NCBI GenBank assembly: GCA_903879985.1
Contig: CAIRNR010000007.1
Location: 5,382-69,381 of the forward strand
Source: an uncultured candidate division WWE3 bacterium
GTDB taxonomy: Bacteria; Patescibacteriota; WWE3; UBA101185; UBA10185
Length of the DNA: 64,000 nt
Reading direction: 5' to 3'
The position numbers and the translations under genes were made by a program. The notes beneath the pieces are model-generated. The model worked only from the letters and a program-made list of their open reading frames with translations. It did not search any database and was not told the origin of the DNA. Below, in pieces: positions 6,903-17,571 of the stretch; the first letter of the stretch is position 1; each line of letters begins with the position of its first letter.

Positions 6903-9257
6903 ATGAACACTATAAAGATTAAGCAATATCTTGATAAACAACAAATAAAGGTTGTAGAACTATACGATTTTGAAAACAAGAAGGTAAGGTATTCAGAAAA
7001 AATCAAGGGTTGGAAAATTGATAAATTCAGAGGTGATGAGGAAATAGTACGAGCTTACATTTTAGCTAAGCTAGTTAACGAACTAGGCTACAAACCAGAA
7101 AACATTGAGCTTGAGAAAGAATACGATATTGGCAGACCTAAAGTAAATAAACCCCGAATTGATATTATTGTTAGAGACGATAACGGAAACGCTTTTCTGT
7201 ATATAGAGCTAAAAAGCCCCCTAGATTACGAAAAAGACAAAGACGAGGTAATAGAAAAACAACTATTTAACCTAGCGTCACAAGAACAAGGTCAAGGCAG
7301 AAAAGTAAAATACTTAACACTATATTCAGTAGAAATTGTTAATGACGAAATAAAAGATAAAACAATCCTTATTGATTATGAAAAATTTAACTCCTTTGAC
7401 CAATGGAAAGAGATACGAAATTATGCAGATGAACTACCAATACGCTACGGAAAAGCCCAGAAAGAACCTTATGTAAAGGGCGGAAAGAAAGATTTAGATA
7501 GCAATTTTTCTCATACACAGCTAGATGCTTTGCGAAAAAATTTACATAATGTACTTTGGGGTGGTGGTGGAACAGACGACAATGATGTATTTTCCTCACT
7601 GGTTAATATAATTCTTGCAAAAATCCAAGATGAGAGTGAGAAAAAAGTTAGTGAAGTTTATGATTTCCAAATCAGGTCATATCAAGACGGCGACAGCTTT
7701 GAGAGCAATGACCAACTATTTGACAGAATAAATGCACTATATAGGAGAGCCTTACACGATAGACTTAATGTTGATGGAGCTAAAATAGCCAAGTCTTACA
7801 TAATTGACGAAAATAAATTTTCTCTTAACAAATTAAAGTACACAGTTTCAGAGCTTGAGAGATTATCATTTGTTGAAGGAAAAAATCAACTTACTGGAAA
7901 AGACATTTTAGGAGACTTTTTTGAGGGCATAATTAGAGAAGGATTCAAACAAAGCAAAGGACAGTTTTTTACGCACATCAATGTAGTTAAGTTTATTCTT
8001 TGGGGGTTACAACTGGATAAATTAGCTACAGAAAAGGTAAATAAGGAGCAAGAATTACCTTATATTATAGACCCAAGTGCAGGTAGTGGGACTTTCCTTA
8101 TTGAGTACATGAAGTACATTACTCAAAATATAAAATACCGATTTAAGAACAAGCTAGATACTTCATATAATATCCAGAAAAAACTTCAATCATGGTTTTA
8201 CCCTGATAATTTTGAGAACAAATGGGCAGAGCAATACATATACGGTAGTGATATTAACTTTAATCTAGGTACAGCTACAAAAGTTAACATGATACTACAT
8301 GGCGATGGTTCAGCTAATGTATTTGTGAAAGACGGATTATTGCCTTTTAACTTCTATAAGAATTTATTAGCGGATAGCACACCAGATAATACCTACTATG
8401 ATAAAGATGTAAACGGTAAATTTGATGTAATAATAACCAATCCGCCATTTAGTGTTGACTTAGATAACGATACAAAGAAAAGTGTAAAAAAAGACTTTAT
8501 ATTTGGGGATAAGAAAAATTCAGAAAACCTATTTATTGAAAGATACTACCAACTACTTAAACCTAACGGTAGGTTTGGAATAGTATTACCCGAAAGTGTA
8601 TTTGATACTACGGAAAATAAGTATATCCGCTTATTTATATACAAATACTTCAAAATTAAGGCAATAGTCTCACTACCTCAATCCACATTTGAGCCTTTTA
8701 CTAGTACAAAAACCAGTCTATTGTTTGCTCAAAAGAAAACTAAAGCAGAGATACAAGAATGGGATAGCCTTTGGACAAAGTATTCAAATGAGTGGAATAC
8801 TCTGAAAACTAGGGCTAATAATCTAGTGGACACATACACAAGTGAGAAGGATAGAAATAAACTAACTTCTATTAGAGACCTTAACGAAGGCGAAGAAAAA
8901 GAGATTCTTAATAAAATACTCAAAAACTACATAGAAAAAGAAGATGCTAACCTTACACCTAAAGCACTTGTTGAAAAGTATGAAGGTGAATTAAAAGAGC
9001 TTTGTAAATACGATGCTGACACAAAAGAAGCCTATGGCTTTGTAAATACTTGGTGGGTATTTGGAGAGGTTTCAAAAGAACTAAATTATAAAATTCTTAT
9101 GACAGAGATAGCTAATGTCGGTTACAAGAGAAGTAAAAGAGGCGAAAAGCCTATGCCAAACGAGTTGTTTAGAGAAGATGATAAAGGACAGGTTTTAGTA
9201 GATGACGGGATACTAGAAACAGCTTTAGACTATCTTAGAAATTTAGAGTGGGAATAG
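6903..9257 (+). CDS. BcgI-like type IIB restriction-modification A subunit: N-terminal PD-ExK endonuclease domain fused to gamma-class N6-adenine DNA methyltransferase
   Basis: 784 aa. The N-terminus has 'IDIIVRD…FLYIELKSP' (D…ELK). Methyltransferase motif I 'DPSAGSGTFL' precedes motif IV 'IITNPPFS'. A specificity-subunit gene follows. Confidence 0.75.
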   Translation: MNTIKIKQYLDKQQIKVVELYDFENKKVRYSEKIKGWKIDKFRGDEEIVRAYILAKLVNELGYKPENIELEKEYDIGRPKVNKPRIDIIVRDDNGNAFLYIELKSPLDYEKDKDEVIEKQLFNLASQEQGQGRKVKYLTLYSVEIVNDEIKDKTILIDYEKFNSFDQWKEIRNYADELPIRYGKAQKEPYVKGGKKDLDSNFSHTQLDALRKNLHNVLWGGGGTDDNDVFSSLVNIILAKIQDESEKKVSEVYDFQIRSYQDGDSFESNDQLFDRINALYRRALHDRLNVDGAKIAKSYIIDENKFSLNKLKYTVSELERLSFVEGKNQLTGKDILGDFFEGIIREGFKQSKGQFFTHINVVKFILWGLQLDKLATEKVNKEQELPYIIDPSAGSGTFLIEYMKYITQNIKYRFKNKLDTSYNIQKKLQSWFYPDNFENKWAEQYIYGSDINFNLGTATKVNMILHGDGSANVFVKDGLLPFNFYKNLLADSTPDNTYYDKDVNGKFDVIITNPPFSVDLDNDTKKSVKKDFIFGDKKNSENLFIERYYQLLKPNGRFGIVLPESVFDTTENKYIRLFIYKYFKIKAIVSLPQSTFEPFTSTKTSLLFAQKKTKAEIQEWDSLWTKYSNEWNTLKTRANNLVDTYTSEKDRNKLTSIRDLNEGEEKEILNKILKNYIEKEDANLTPKALVEKYEGELKELCKYDADTKEAYGFVNTWWVFGEVSKELNYKILMTEIANVGYKRSKRGEKPMPNELFREDDKGQVLVDDGILETALDYLRNLEWE

Positions 9258-9258
9258 T

Positions 9259-10653
9259 ATGGCACTGAAACAGTTTACAACTGATTTTAAAAGCATCGGT
9301 AACCAAGAGTTTCTAAGACCAAATGTCGGCTATAGATACTTTTTTGATATTAAAAAATCAATGGTATTTAAAAACCCGATAACTACCCAATTGAAATACA
9401 TATTAAAACCATTACTTTCAAATAAAATTCCAAAGGGTGAATTGGATAGTAGAGAAATTCTAGTTGATTTGGCAAACATTGAAAGAAGATACAACTCACT
9501 AGTAAACCTAGAGGAAGTTAATCAGATTGGCTCGGACAAAAATATACTAAACTTCGGCGATATAGTAATACCTAAGATTCAACCACAAATGGGTAACATT
9601 TTTCTTAATACCGACCATACTAGGTATGTAGCTTCAACGGAGTTGCTTGAATACACGGTATGCCAAGACCATAACCCAGTATTTGTTTACTACTTAATAA
9701 CTTCCAAACAATTTCTAGCTGACCTTGAGAGGCTTGAGGGTGGAAAAACACACAGGAGAGTAAATCCCACAGACCTTTTAAAAATAAGAATACCTACCCT
9801 TAGTAAAAGACACCAAGACCAAGTAGTTACCGAAATTGAGCCAATAGCCATAAAAATTCAGGCACTTAAAACGGATATTAAACCACAACAAGAAATTATA
9901 GATAAAGTTTTTGTACGGGAATTTAAATTTAATAAAGCAAATTTTGACCAACTATCAAAAATTAAAATGTATGAAACTACTTTTTCAGAGTTCGCAAATA
10001 ACATAGATGTTCGCTATAGCGTCAAATTCCATAGAAATGCTGGTGCATTTGTCTTAGCGGAATTAAAGAAAGTAACTAACAAAAAGATTAAACACTTCAT
10101 TGCAGAACCAATTGTATTGGGTACTAGTGTATCCCCTTCGGATTACGACGAAAACGGCGATTATTACTACATATCAATGGCAAATATAAAGAACTGGAAA
10201 TTTGAAAACGATGACGCAAAACTTGTTTCAAATGAGTATTCAAAGAAAAACCAGAATAAAACAATAGCTTTAAACGATATTTTAATTGCCCGTTCTGGTG
10301 AGGGAACAATTGGGAAAGTTGCTTTAATAGAAGATGAGGAACTACTGGGCATTTTTGCGGACTTTACAATGAGAATTAAGTTAAAAGACTATAACCCAAC
10401 ATTTGCCTACTACTATTTTAGAACAACTTACTTTCAATACCTGATTGAAATTAACAAGAAAGGTTTAGGCAATAACACAAACATCTTCCCAAGCCAAATT
10501 CAAGAACTCCCCATGATGGATATTCCATTAGCTAGACAAGAAAAAATAGTTCAAGAGATTAAAAAAGAGCTAGAAGAACAAAATGTTATTAGAAGTTCTA
10601 TAGAGCAAGAAAGAGCAAAGATTGATGAAATTATTGAGAAGGCAATACAATGA
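9259..10653 (+). CDS. restriction-modification specificity (S/B) subunit with two target-recognition domains
   Basis: 464 aa. There are HsdS-type conserved spacers 'IRIPTLSKRHQDQVVTEIE' and 'IPLARQEKIVQEIKKELEEQ'. The start overlaps the stop of the upstream gene. Confidence 0.75.
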   Translation: MALKQFTTDFKSIGNQEFLRPNVGYRYFFDIKKSMVFKNPITTQLKYILKPLLSNKIPKGELDSREILVDLANIERRYNSLVNLEEVNQIGSDKNILNFGDIVIPKIQPQMGNIFLNTDHTRYVASTELLEYTVCQDHNPVFVYYLITSKQFLADLERLEGGKTHRRVNPTDLLKIRIPTLSKRHQDQVVTEIEPIAIKIQALKTDIKPQQEIIDKVFVREFKFNKANFDQLSKIKMYETTFSEFANNIDVRYSVKFHRNAGAFVLAELKKVTNKKIKHFIAEPIVLGTSVSPSDYDENGDYYYISMANIKNWKFENDDAKLVSNEYSKKNQNKTIALNDILIARSGEGTIGKVALIEDEELLGIFADFTMRIKLKDYNPTFAYYYFRTTYFQYLIEINKKGLGNNTNIFPSQIQELPMMDIPLARQEKIVQEIKKELEEQNVIRSSIEQERAKIDEIIEKAIQ

Positions 10654-11378
10654 ACAAATTTAAAACATCAGCTATAACCATACTCACCGAAACAGGTAAA
10701 CCCCTACACTATAAGGAAATAACCCGTCTAGCACTTGATAAAGGAATTTTAGTTACTGATGGTGCAACTCCTGACGCTTCAATGAACGCCCAAATAGTAA
10801 TGGATATAAAACAAAACGGTAAACTCTCAAATTTTATTAAGACAGAGCCTTCCACCTATGGTTTAAACCCAAATATACAAAAAGCTGTTAATGAGCCAGA
10901 GGAAGACATAGCGCAAGAGGAAAAACAAGCCGTAGATAGCGGTTATATCGGAAAAGCAGGAGAATACATAGTGTGCAGTGAACTGCTTTTTAGAGGATTT
11001 AATGCCAGTATTATGAGTGTTGATACAGGTGTTGATATTGTAGCTACCAAAGAAAGCCGACTGTATGGCGTACAAGTAAAGACTGCAAGACTTAATAAGT
11101 TCAATACTTATGTTTTTGATGTTCGCAAGGTTTCATTTGAGAGACACAGTAGTGGTAGTACATTTTATATTTTTGTTCTATATAGCGAGAAGAAAACTAA
11201 TTTTCTGATTCTCCCCTATTTTGAAATTGAAAAGAAAGTACATGACAAAGTTATACTAGAAGTTGGTCACGGACTACGCTACAGAATAAACATTAAACTG
11301 CGTAATGACAGCGTATATCTTGGAACTTTAGACAATGAGATGAACTACTTTTTGAATAATTGGGCGGTGCTAAAGTAA
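10650..11378 (+). CDS. Mrr-like restriction endonuclease (HARE-HTH/Mrr_N winged helix + Mrr-type PD-(D/E)xK catalytic domain)
   Basis: The N-terminal 'GKPLHYKEITRLALDKGILVTDGATPDASMNAQIV' fits HARE-HTH. The C-terminal 'GEYIVCSELL…VDTGVDIVATK…YGVQVKT' fits the Mrr_cat D-x-G-x-D…QxK pattern. There is an ATGA overlap with the S subunit. Confidence 0.55.
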   Translation: MNKFKTSAITILTETGKPLHYKEITRLALDKGILVTDGATPDASMNAQIVMDIKQNGKLSNFIKTEPSTYGLNPNIQKAVNEPEEDIAQEEKQAVDSGYIGKAGEYIVCSELLFRGFNASIMSVDTGVDIVATKESRLYGVQVKTARLNKFNTYVFDVRKVSFERHSSGSTFYIFVLYSEKKTNFLILPYFEIEKKVHDKVILEVGHGLRYRINIKLRNDSVYLGTLDNEMNYFLNNWAVLK

Positions 11379-11496
11379 ACAACTTATTTAGGTAAAAACT
11401 ATCCCCGTATGACAACAAATAAATAGATTGACTTATAAAATTGCGGTATAATAGCCGTATTCCTGCCTATGTTAGTTAACGAATATAAATATAAAA

Positions 11497-12681
11497 ATGA
11501 CAAAAAGACAATTTACAATATCGCACTTTGTGCAGAATATAAACATAGACTTGCTAGAGGCTTATTTTAATCAAGCTAATTTACCTTTCCCAAACAATTT
11601 AAAAACTACAGACAAAGACAAAAAACCAAATGCTCAAGATATTGAAACGCTTATAAACTCACTTGAGACTAAAGCTCAAGAAAAAATAAACAACGATTTC
11701 ATAGATATTAACGAGCTGTCCTATGACGGCGGTATTCTTTCAATTATTGATGTTGGAAATGTTTACAACATCAATTTAACCGAAGAACTAAGTAGCCTTG
11801 AAGATAACACGAACCAAGCACTTTACTGCTTTCTAAACCATAAAGGGGTATTTGAAAACGCCTCAAAAATAGCTTACTTTGAAAGACTTTCATCAAAAAC
11901 TGTTAGAAACGATATGGTTAAAAAGACAGCACAAGAAGTCTCAAATGAAGAAGTTAAAAATGCCTTAGAAACCGAACTTAAAACATATTTTAAACAAAAA
12001 GACGGTAGAGGCGAAAATTGTAAAATTGATGTTACAATCTACAAAAATAGAGTGTTTTATCGTGCGTATCCTCAAAACTATTCCCAGTTTTTATTTGATT
12101 ACGATGAAGAAGGTAAATACAGACGAAGTGTAGTTAAACCTGTCTTTGAGGTTATTTTTATCTATTATCCAGACGATGGTAGATTAGAACTTAGTGTTAA
12201 CTTTAGAAATAAACGCAGACGAGAGCTAATTGAAATTTTTAGCCGAATTGTTCTAAAAGATGACCGCACGATTAAAGACGAACTGCAAACTTACGATTTT
12301 GACAGGATAGTTTCTCCTGATTTTACTATGCCCACTAAACTTGAAGATAAAGTATCTTGGGCTTACCTAAAGCAATTAAGACTAAGCTACAGATATACTA
12401 CTGCAAGAAAAATTACACTTGAAGTTGATGACAAAAATACCGATGGAGCTAAAGCAATTCACGAAATGATTAAAGAGTATGGGCTTAATACCGAACAATT
12501 GTTTGTAACTCAAGCAACTTTCAAGATTAAGTTTGAAGGAGCAGGTAATAAGGGTAGCGTCACAGCTATGATTACATATCCCGACAAGTGTAACCTATCG
12601 GACATTGCAACACACCAATTGGCTAAAGATTATATAAAATACTGGAAATTGGAGTTATCAGATAATGAAGGAAATAACTAA
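11497..12681 (+). CDS. hypothetical protein (394 aa), no recognisable motifs
   Basis: A long ORF with a perfect TATAAT at 11447..11452 upstream. It overlaps the next gene by 17 nt. Confidence 0.5.
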   Translation: MTKRQFTISHFVQNINIDLLEAYFNQANLPFPNNLKTTDKDKKPNAQDIETLINSLETKAQEKINNDFIDINELSYDGGILSIIDVGNVYNINLTEELSSLEDNTNQALYCFLNHKGVFENASKIAYFERLSSKTVRNDMVKKTAQEVSNEEVKNALETELKTYFKQKDGRGENCKIDVTIYKNRVFYRAYPQNYSQFLFDYDEEGKYRRSVVKPVFEVIFIYYPDDGRLELSVNFRNKRRRELIEIFSRIVLKDDRTIKDELQTYDFDRIVSPDFTMPTKLEDKVSWAYLKQLRLSYRYTTARKITLEVDDKNTDGAKAIHEMIKEYGLNTEQLFVTQATFKIKFEGAGNKGSVTAMITYPDKCNLSDIATHQLAKDYIKYWKLELSDNEGNN

Positions 12682-13600
12682 TTTCGCCAATTATTTAGCG
12701 GTAAACCAAGATACTAGCTTTTCAGAAAGTATTTTGAAAGTAAATCTACCAACAATTTTCCAAACACTAGTAGATAGAGGCATTTTAGCCCCTACAACAC
12801 CCGTAGATAGCGTGAGGTGCAAAGAATGTGACTTAGACCACCTAGAACAAGTAATTGAAGTAAACCACCGATACTTTACAAAATGCGAATACAGCGAAGA
12901 CGCCTCGTTATCAGAAGTTCAACTAGACGAACTAAATGGCTATCGCTTTAGTTTGAGTGCTTTACTGGCTTGGATAGCAGAAACCTTAGTAACGCAAACC
13001 GACATTAAACAATTGAATGATGCTACTTGGGGTATAGGCAAAAAGGCTACACAGAACATTTATTTTATTAAATCAATTGACCAGAAAGAAGCTCAAAACG
13101 AAGTAAAGAAAATTAACACCGAAAATAACATATTTCTATGGTTGGGAGTAAATTCACCTGTTGGGTATTCAACAACCGAACTAGTATCAATACAGGAAGT
13201 AATTAAAATTAGTAGTAAAGGCTTGGAAGTTCAAGCTATTAAAGTTAAATCTAAAAAAGCTAAACCAAACCAGAAAGATATTGTCTTAGATAAAGATATT
13301 GTAATAACAAACAATTTCTATCTTCTACTTAACCTTGAAAACGGTGCTTTTAATTATAAGGTAAAAACATTACCACAAACATATAGAATAGTTAGATACC
13401 TGTATGACCAAAGAAAATATGGTAAAGCGTATACCTCTAAAGAGCTAAGCGAAGCTCTACAATTGGATAATCCAAAGGTTATTCCAACCAGAATAAAAGA
13501 ACTAAACAACAAATGTGAGGAACATAAAGTCAAAAGTATTGTACTCACATACCCAAATAATACATGGGCATTAAACCCAGATTTAACTTGTTTTAATTAA
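12665..13600 (+). CDS. hypothetical protein (311 aa), possible C-terminal winged-helix
   Basis: GGAG sits 10 nt upstream of the ATG. The gene is translationally coupled to 11497..12681. 'YRIVRYLYDQRKYGKAYTSKELSEAL' looks wHTH-like. Confidence 0.5.
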   Translation: MKEITNFANYLAVNQDTSFSESILKVNLPTIFQTLVDRGILAPTTPVDSVRCKECDLDHLEQVIEVNHRYFTKCEYSEDASLSEVQLDELNGYRFSLSALLAWIAETLVTQTDIKQLNDATWGIGKKATQNIYFIKSIDQKEAQNEVKKINTENNIFLWLGVNSPVGYSTTELVSIQEVIKISSKGLEVQAIKVKSKKAKPNQKDIVLDKDIVITNNFYLLLNLENGAFNYKVKTLPQTYRIVRYLYDQRKYGKAYTSKELSEALQLDNPKVIPTRIKELNNKCEEHKVKSIVLTYPNNTWALNPDLTCFN

Positions 13601-13674
13601 GGTCACTAAAGTAGTCACAAAATCATAATGTGACTTAACATTTCCATAAATAAGAAAAATATAGATGTAGTAAT

Positions 13675-13706
13675 AGAGCCATATAGTAAGGCTCTTTTTT
13701 GTTTTT
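13675..13706 (+). terminator. rho-independent terminator after the 311-aa gene
   Basis: An AGAGCC…GGCTCT hairpin followed by TTTTTTGTTTTT. Confidence 0.6.
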
Positions 13707-13773
13707 ACCTAAAAACTTGACAGAGCATTTTTGTGACCAATATCACTAACGCATAGAAAGTTCAAAGATAAAC

Positions 13774-14037
13774 ATGAAAGAAAATAAAGATTTATTTACA
13801 ACATATAACCTAAACTTTTCGGCAGTTCTTATAGCTAGTGGCATTAAGTTACAAGGAGTTAATAACGGGCTTGGGTCTAAGTCTCTCTTTTGTTTTGAAA
13901 ATTCTCTAAAAATACAGGATATAAACGACAAGTATTGGAGAAAAGAATTAAAGATTGAACCTCAATTACTCTTTGATAGCTTGAAATTCCTTAAAAACAG
14001 ATTGTATAGCGGTTTGGAGAATAACGATGGTTTCTAG
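13774..14037 (+). CDS. small hypothetical protein (87 aa)
   Basis: The ORF is preceded by a TTGACA -35-like hexamer at ~13717. It overlaps the next gene by 11 nt. Confidence 0.4.
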   Translation: MKENKDLFTTYNLNFSAVLIASGIKLQGVNNGLGSKSLFCFENSLKIQDINDKYWRKELKIEPQLLFDSLKFLKNRLYSGLENNDGF

Positions 14038-14218
14038 AGAAGGCTTAGTGAAATTTAAAGAACTTTACGCCAAGCGTTATGGAGTTGAACTTACTGAAAA
14101 GGAAGTCTCCGAAAAAGCTAACCAATTACTTAATTTCTATCGGGCAGTTTTTAGAGAACCAACAAATATAAAAATAAATATAACCTATGAGCAAAAAATA
14201 CGAAGTAAGAAAAATTAA
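14027..14218 (+). CDS. small protein (63 aa), paralogue of 5163..5340
   Basis: Shares the conserved 'YxKRYGVELTEKEVSEKANQLLNF' block with the protein at the other end of the element. Confidence 0.45.
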   Translation: MVSREGLVKFKELYAKRYGVELTEKEVSEKANQLLNFYRAVFREPTNIKINITYEQKIRSKKN

Positions 14219-14603
14219 AACAAAAAGGTCTTACACCTTTAAAGAAATAGCAGATTTGTTTGATGTCCATGTACGCACTATTCAAGCATGGCATGTAGAC
14301 GGATTAGTAACTCTTGAAGGTAGTAACAATCCATATCTAGTTATGGGTATTGATGTACAAAACTATATTAAACAGCAAAAACAAAAGCACAAAGTAGCTC
14401 TTAAAGAAAATGAGTTTTACTGCATAAGCTGTAGAAAAGCTGTTACCCCAACAGAAGTTTTTTCAAATTCAAATGGTATCAAAATGGGTGGTAATAAACA
14501 GTCGGTTATATTGAGCGGTGTTTGCCCAACTTGTAACCGAAAAGTGAACCGATTTACAACAAACGAACAGTCTATTTTAGAGGGGAAAAGCAATACTATA
14601 TAG
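14187..14603 (+). CDS. HTH + C-terminal zinc-ribbon protein (excisionase/recombination-directionality-factor or regulator candidate)
   Basis: 'YTFKEIADLFDVHVRTIQAWHVDGL' is MerR/Xis-like HTH. It also carries CxxC…CxxC ('CISCRK…CPTCNRK'). It lies immediately upstream of the two recombinase genes. Confidence 0.45.
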   Translation: MSKKYEVRKIKTKRSYTFKEIADLFDVHVRTIQAWHVDGLVTLEGSNNPYLVMGIDVQNYIKQQKQKHKVALKENEFYCISCRKAVTPTEVFSNSNGIKMGGNKQSVILSGVCPTCNRKVNRFTTNEQSILEGKSNTI

Positions 14604-14659
14604 GCACTAGAATATCCCTTTGAAGACTGACATTAGTAATTAGTTATTTAGGAAACAAT

Positions 14660-15745
14660 ATGAACAAATATAAAACGAAAAATGAAAAGATAAAGAGAAG
14701 ATATTTTAAATGGTTAAAAGATGCCGAAGGTTTTGCACCTGCTACCATTGAAAGCATTGAAAAAGCCTTATGGGATTACGAAGCATTTAGCCAAGAAGAT
14801 GACTACGCAAATTTTAACGACAAGATGGCTCAAGGGTTTAAAAAATGGCTCTCGGAAAAAAAGCTACAAAGTGGTGAAACCATCAACCTTTCAACTCAAT
14901 ACGATAGGCTTAGACACCTTAAAAAGTTTTTTACTTGGTTATCTGGACAGGTTGGTTATAAATCAAAAGTTGACCCCTACGATGCAAATTATCTACGCCT
15001 TGATAAAAAATTGGCAAAAATTGCAACTGCACCTAAAGTTGAGGATTACCCAACACTTGAGTATGTTAAAAAGCTATGTGATTCAATTGAAATTAAAAGC
15101 GAAATTGACCAAAGGGATAGAGCTTTAATTGCATTCACATTGTTAAGCGGTATGCGAGATAAAGCTATAATCACACTTCCACTTGGTTGCTTTAATCCTG
15201 AAACTTATCAAGTAAAACAATATCCTTCCGAAGGTGTGCAAACCAAGTTCTCTAAAACTATTGATACGGTCTTGTTTCAATTTGATGAGAAGCTATTAAG
15301 CTATATTGTTGATTGGGTTAAACACTTAAAAGAAAATAAAGTATTTGGTATTACTGACCCCTTGTTTCCATCAACTAAAATTGAGCAAATGTCTAAGACT
15401 GAATACATATTTGAGGCTAAAGGTGTTGAACCTATATTTTGGCGTTCAACAAGCACAATGTGCAAGATATTTGAGGAAAGAGCTAAGTTTGCTGAACTTA
15501 AATACTATTCACCTCATAAGTTCCGCCATTCTGCTACTAGATTGGCTACGGACAGTTGCAAAAGTGCCGAGCAAATTAAAGCTGTAAGTCAAAACTTGGG
15601 TCATGAGCATGTGAGTACAACGCTTTTAACCTACGGAAGACTTACACCTTATAGAGTGCGTGATGTTGTGACCGAGCTAAATTTCAAGAAAACAGAACGA
15701 GACGAAAAGATTGAGGAAATTAAAAAACTAATGTCACAGATATAA
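14660..15745 (+). CDS. tyrosine-type site-specific recombinase/integrase
   Basis: 361 aa. The C-terminal catalytic signature is 'FRHSATRL…LGHEHVSTTLLTYGRL' (R…HxxR…H…Y). The N-terminal part is a SAM-like core-binding region. Confidence 0.85.
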   Translation: MNKYKTKNEKIKRRYFKWLKDAEGFAPATIESIEKALWDYEAFSQEDDYANFNDKMAQGFKKWLSEKKLQSGETINLSTQYDRLRHLKKFFTWLSGQVGYKSKVDPYDANYLRLDKKLAKIATAPKVEDYPTLEYVKKLCDSIEIKSEIDQRDRALIAFTLLSGMRDKAIITLPLGCFNPETYQVKQYPSEGVQTKFSKTIDTVLFQFDEKLLSYIVDWVKHLKENKVFGITDPLFPSTKIEQMSKTEYIFEAKGVEPIFWRSTSTMCKIFEERAKFAELKYYSPHKFRHSATRLATDSCKSAEQIKAVSQNLGHEHVSTTLLTYGRLTPYRVRDVVTELNFKKTERDEKIEEIKKLMSQI

Positions 15746-15791
15746 TATAATTAACTTGATACTATAAACTTATAATTGTAAGGTTATTGTA

Positions 15792-17471
<1,680 letters not shown>

Positions 17472-17571
17472 ATAATAACCCTGCCATTATATCAGCAATG
17501 CGGATACGTCGCTAGGACGACTAAACAGCAATGCTGATGCGTCGCTAAGCCATGTAGCCACCAACGGCAAC

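Noticed and set aside
7555-7570. Third occurrence of TTTGGGGTGG (inside the methyltransferase gene, 'LWGGGGT')
   Set aside because: It is only 10 bp, lies in coding sequence for a Gly-rich motif, and has no flanking similarity to the att regions. It is coincidental.
11428-11452. TTGACT…TATAAT promoter upstream of 11497
   Set aside because: The -10 is perfect, but spacing to the TTGACT is only ~13 nt. It is kept as supporting evidence only, not as a called promoter.
14721-15587. ORFs 14721..15128 and 15345..15587 (+) overlapping the tyrosine integrase in other frames
   Set aside because: They are alternative-frame artefacts inside a well-supported integrase CDS.
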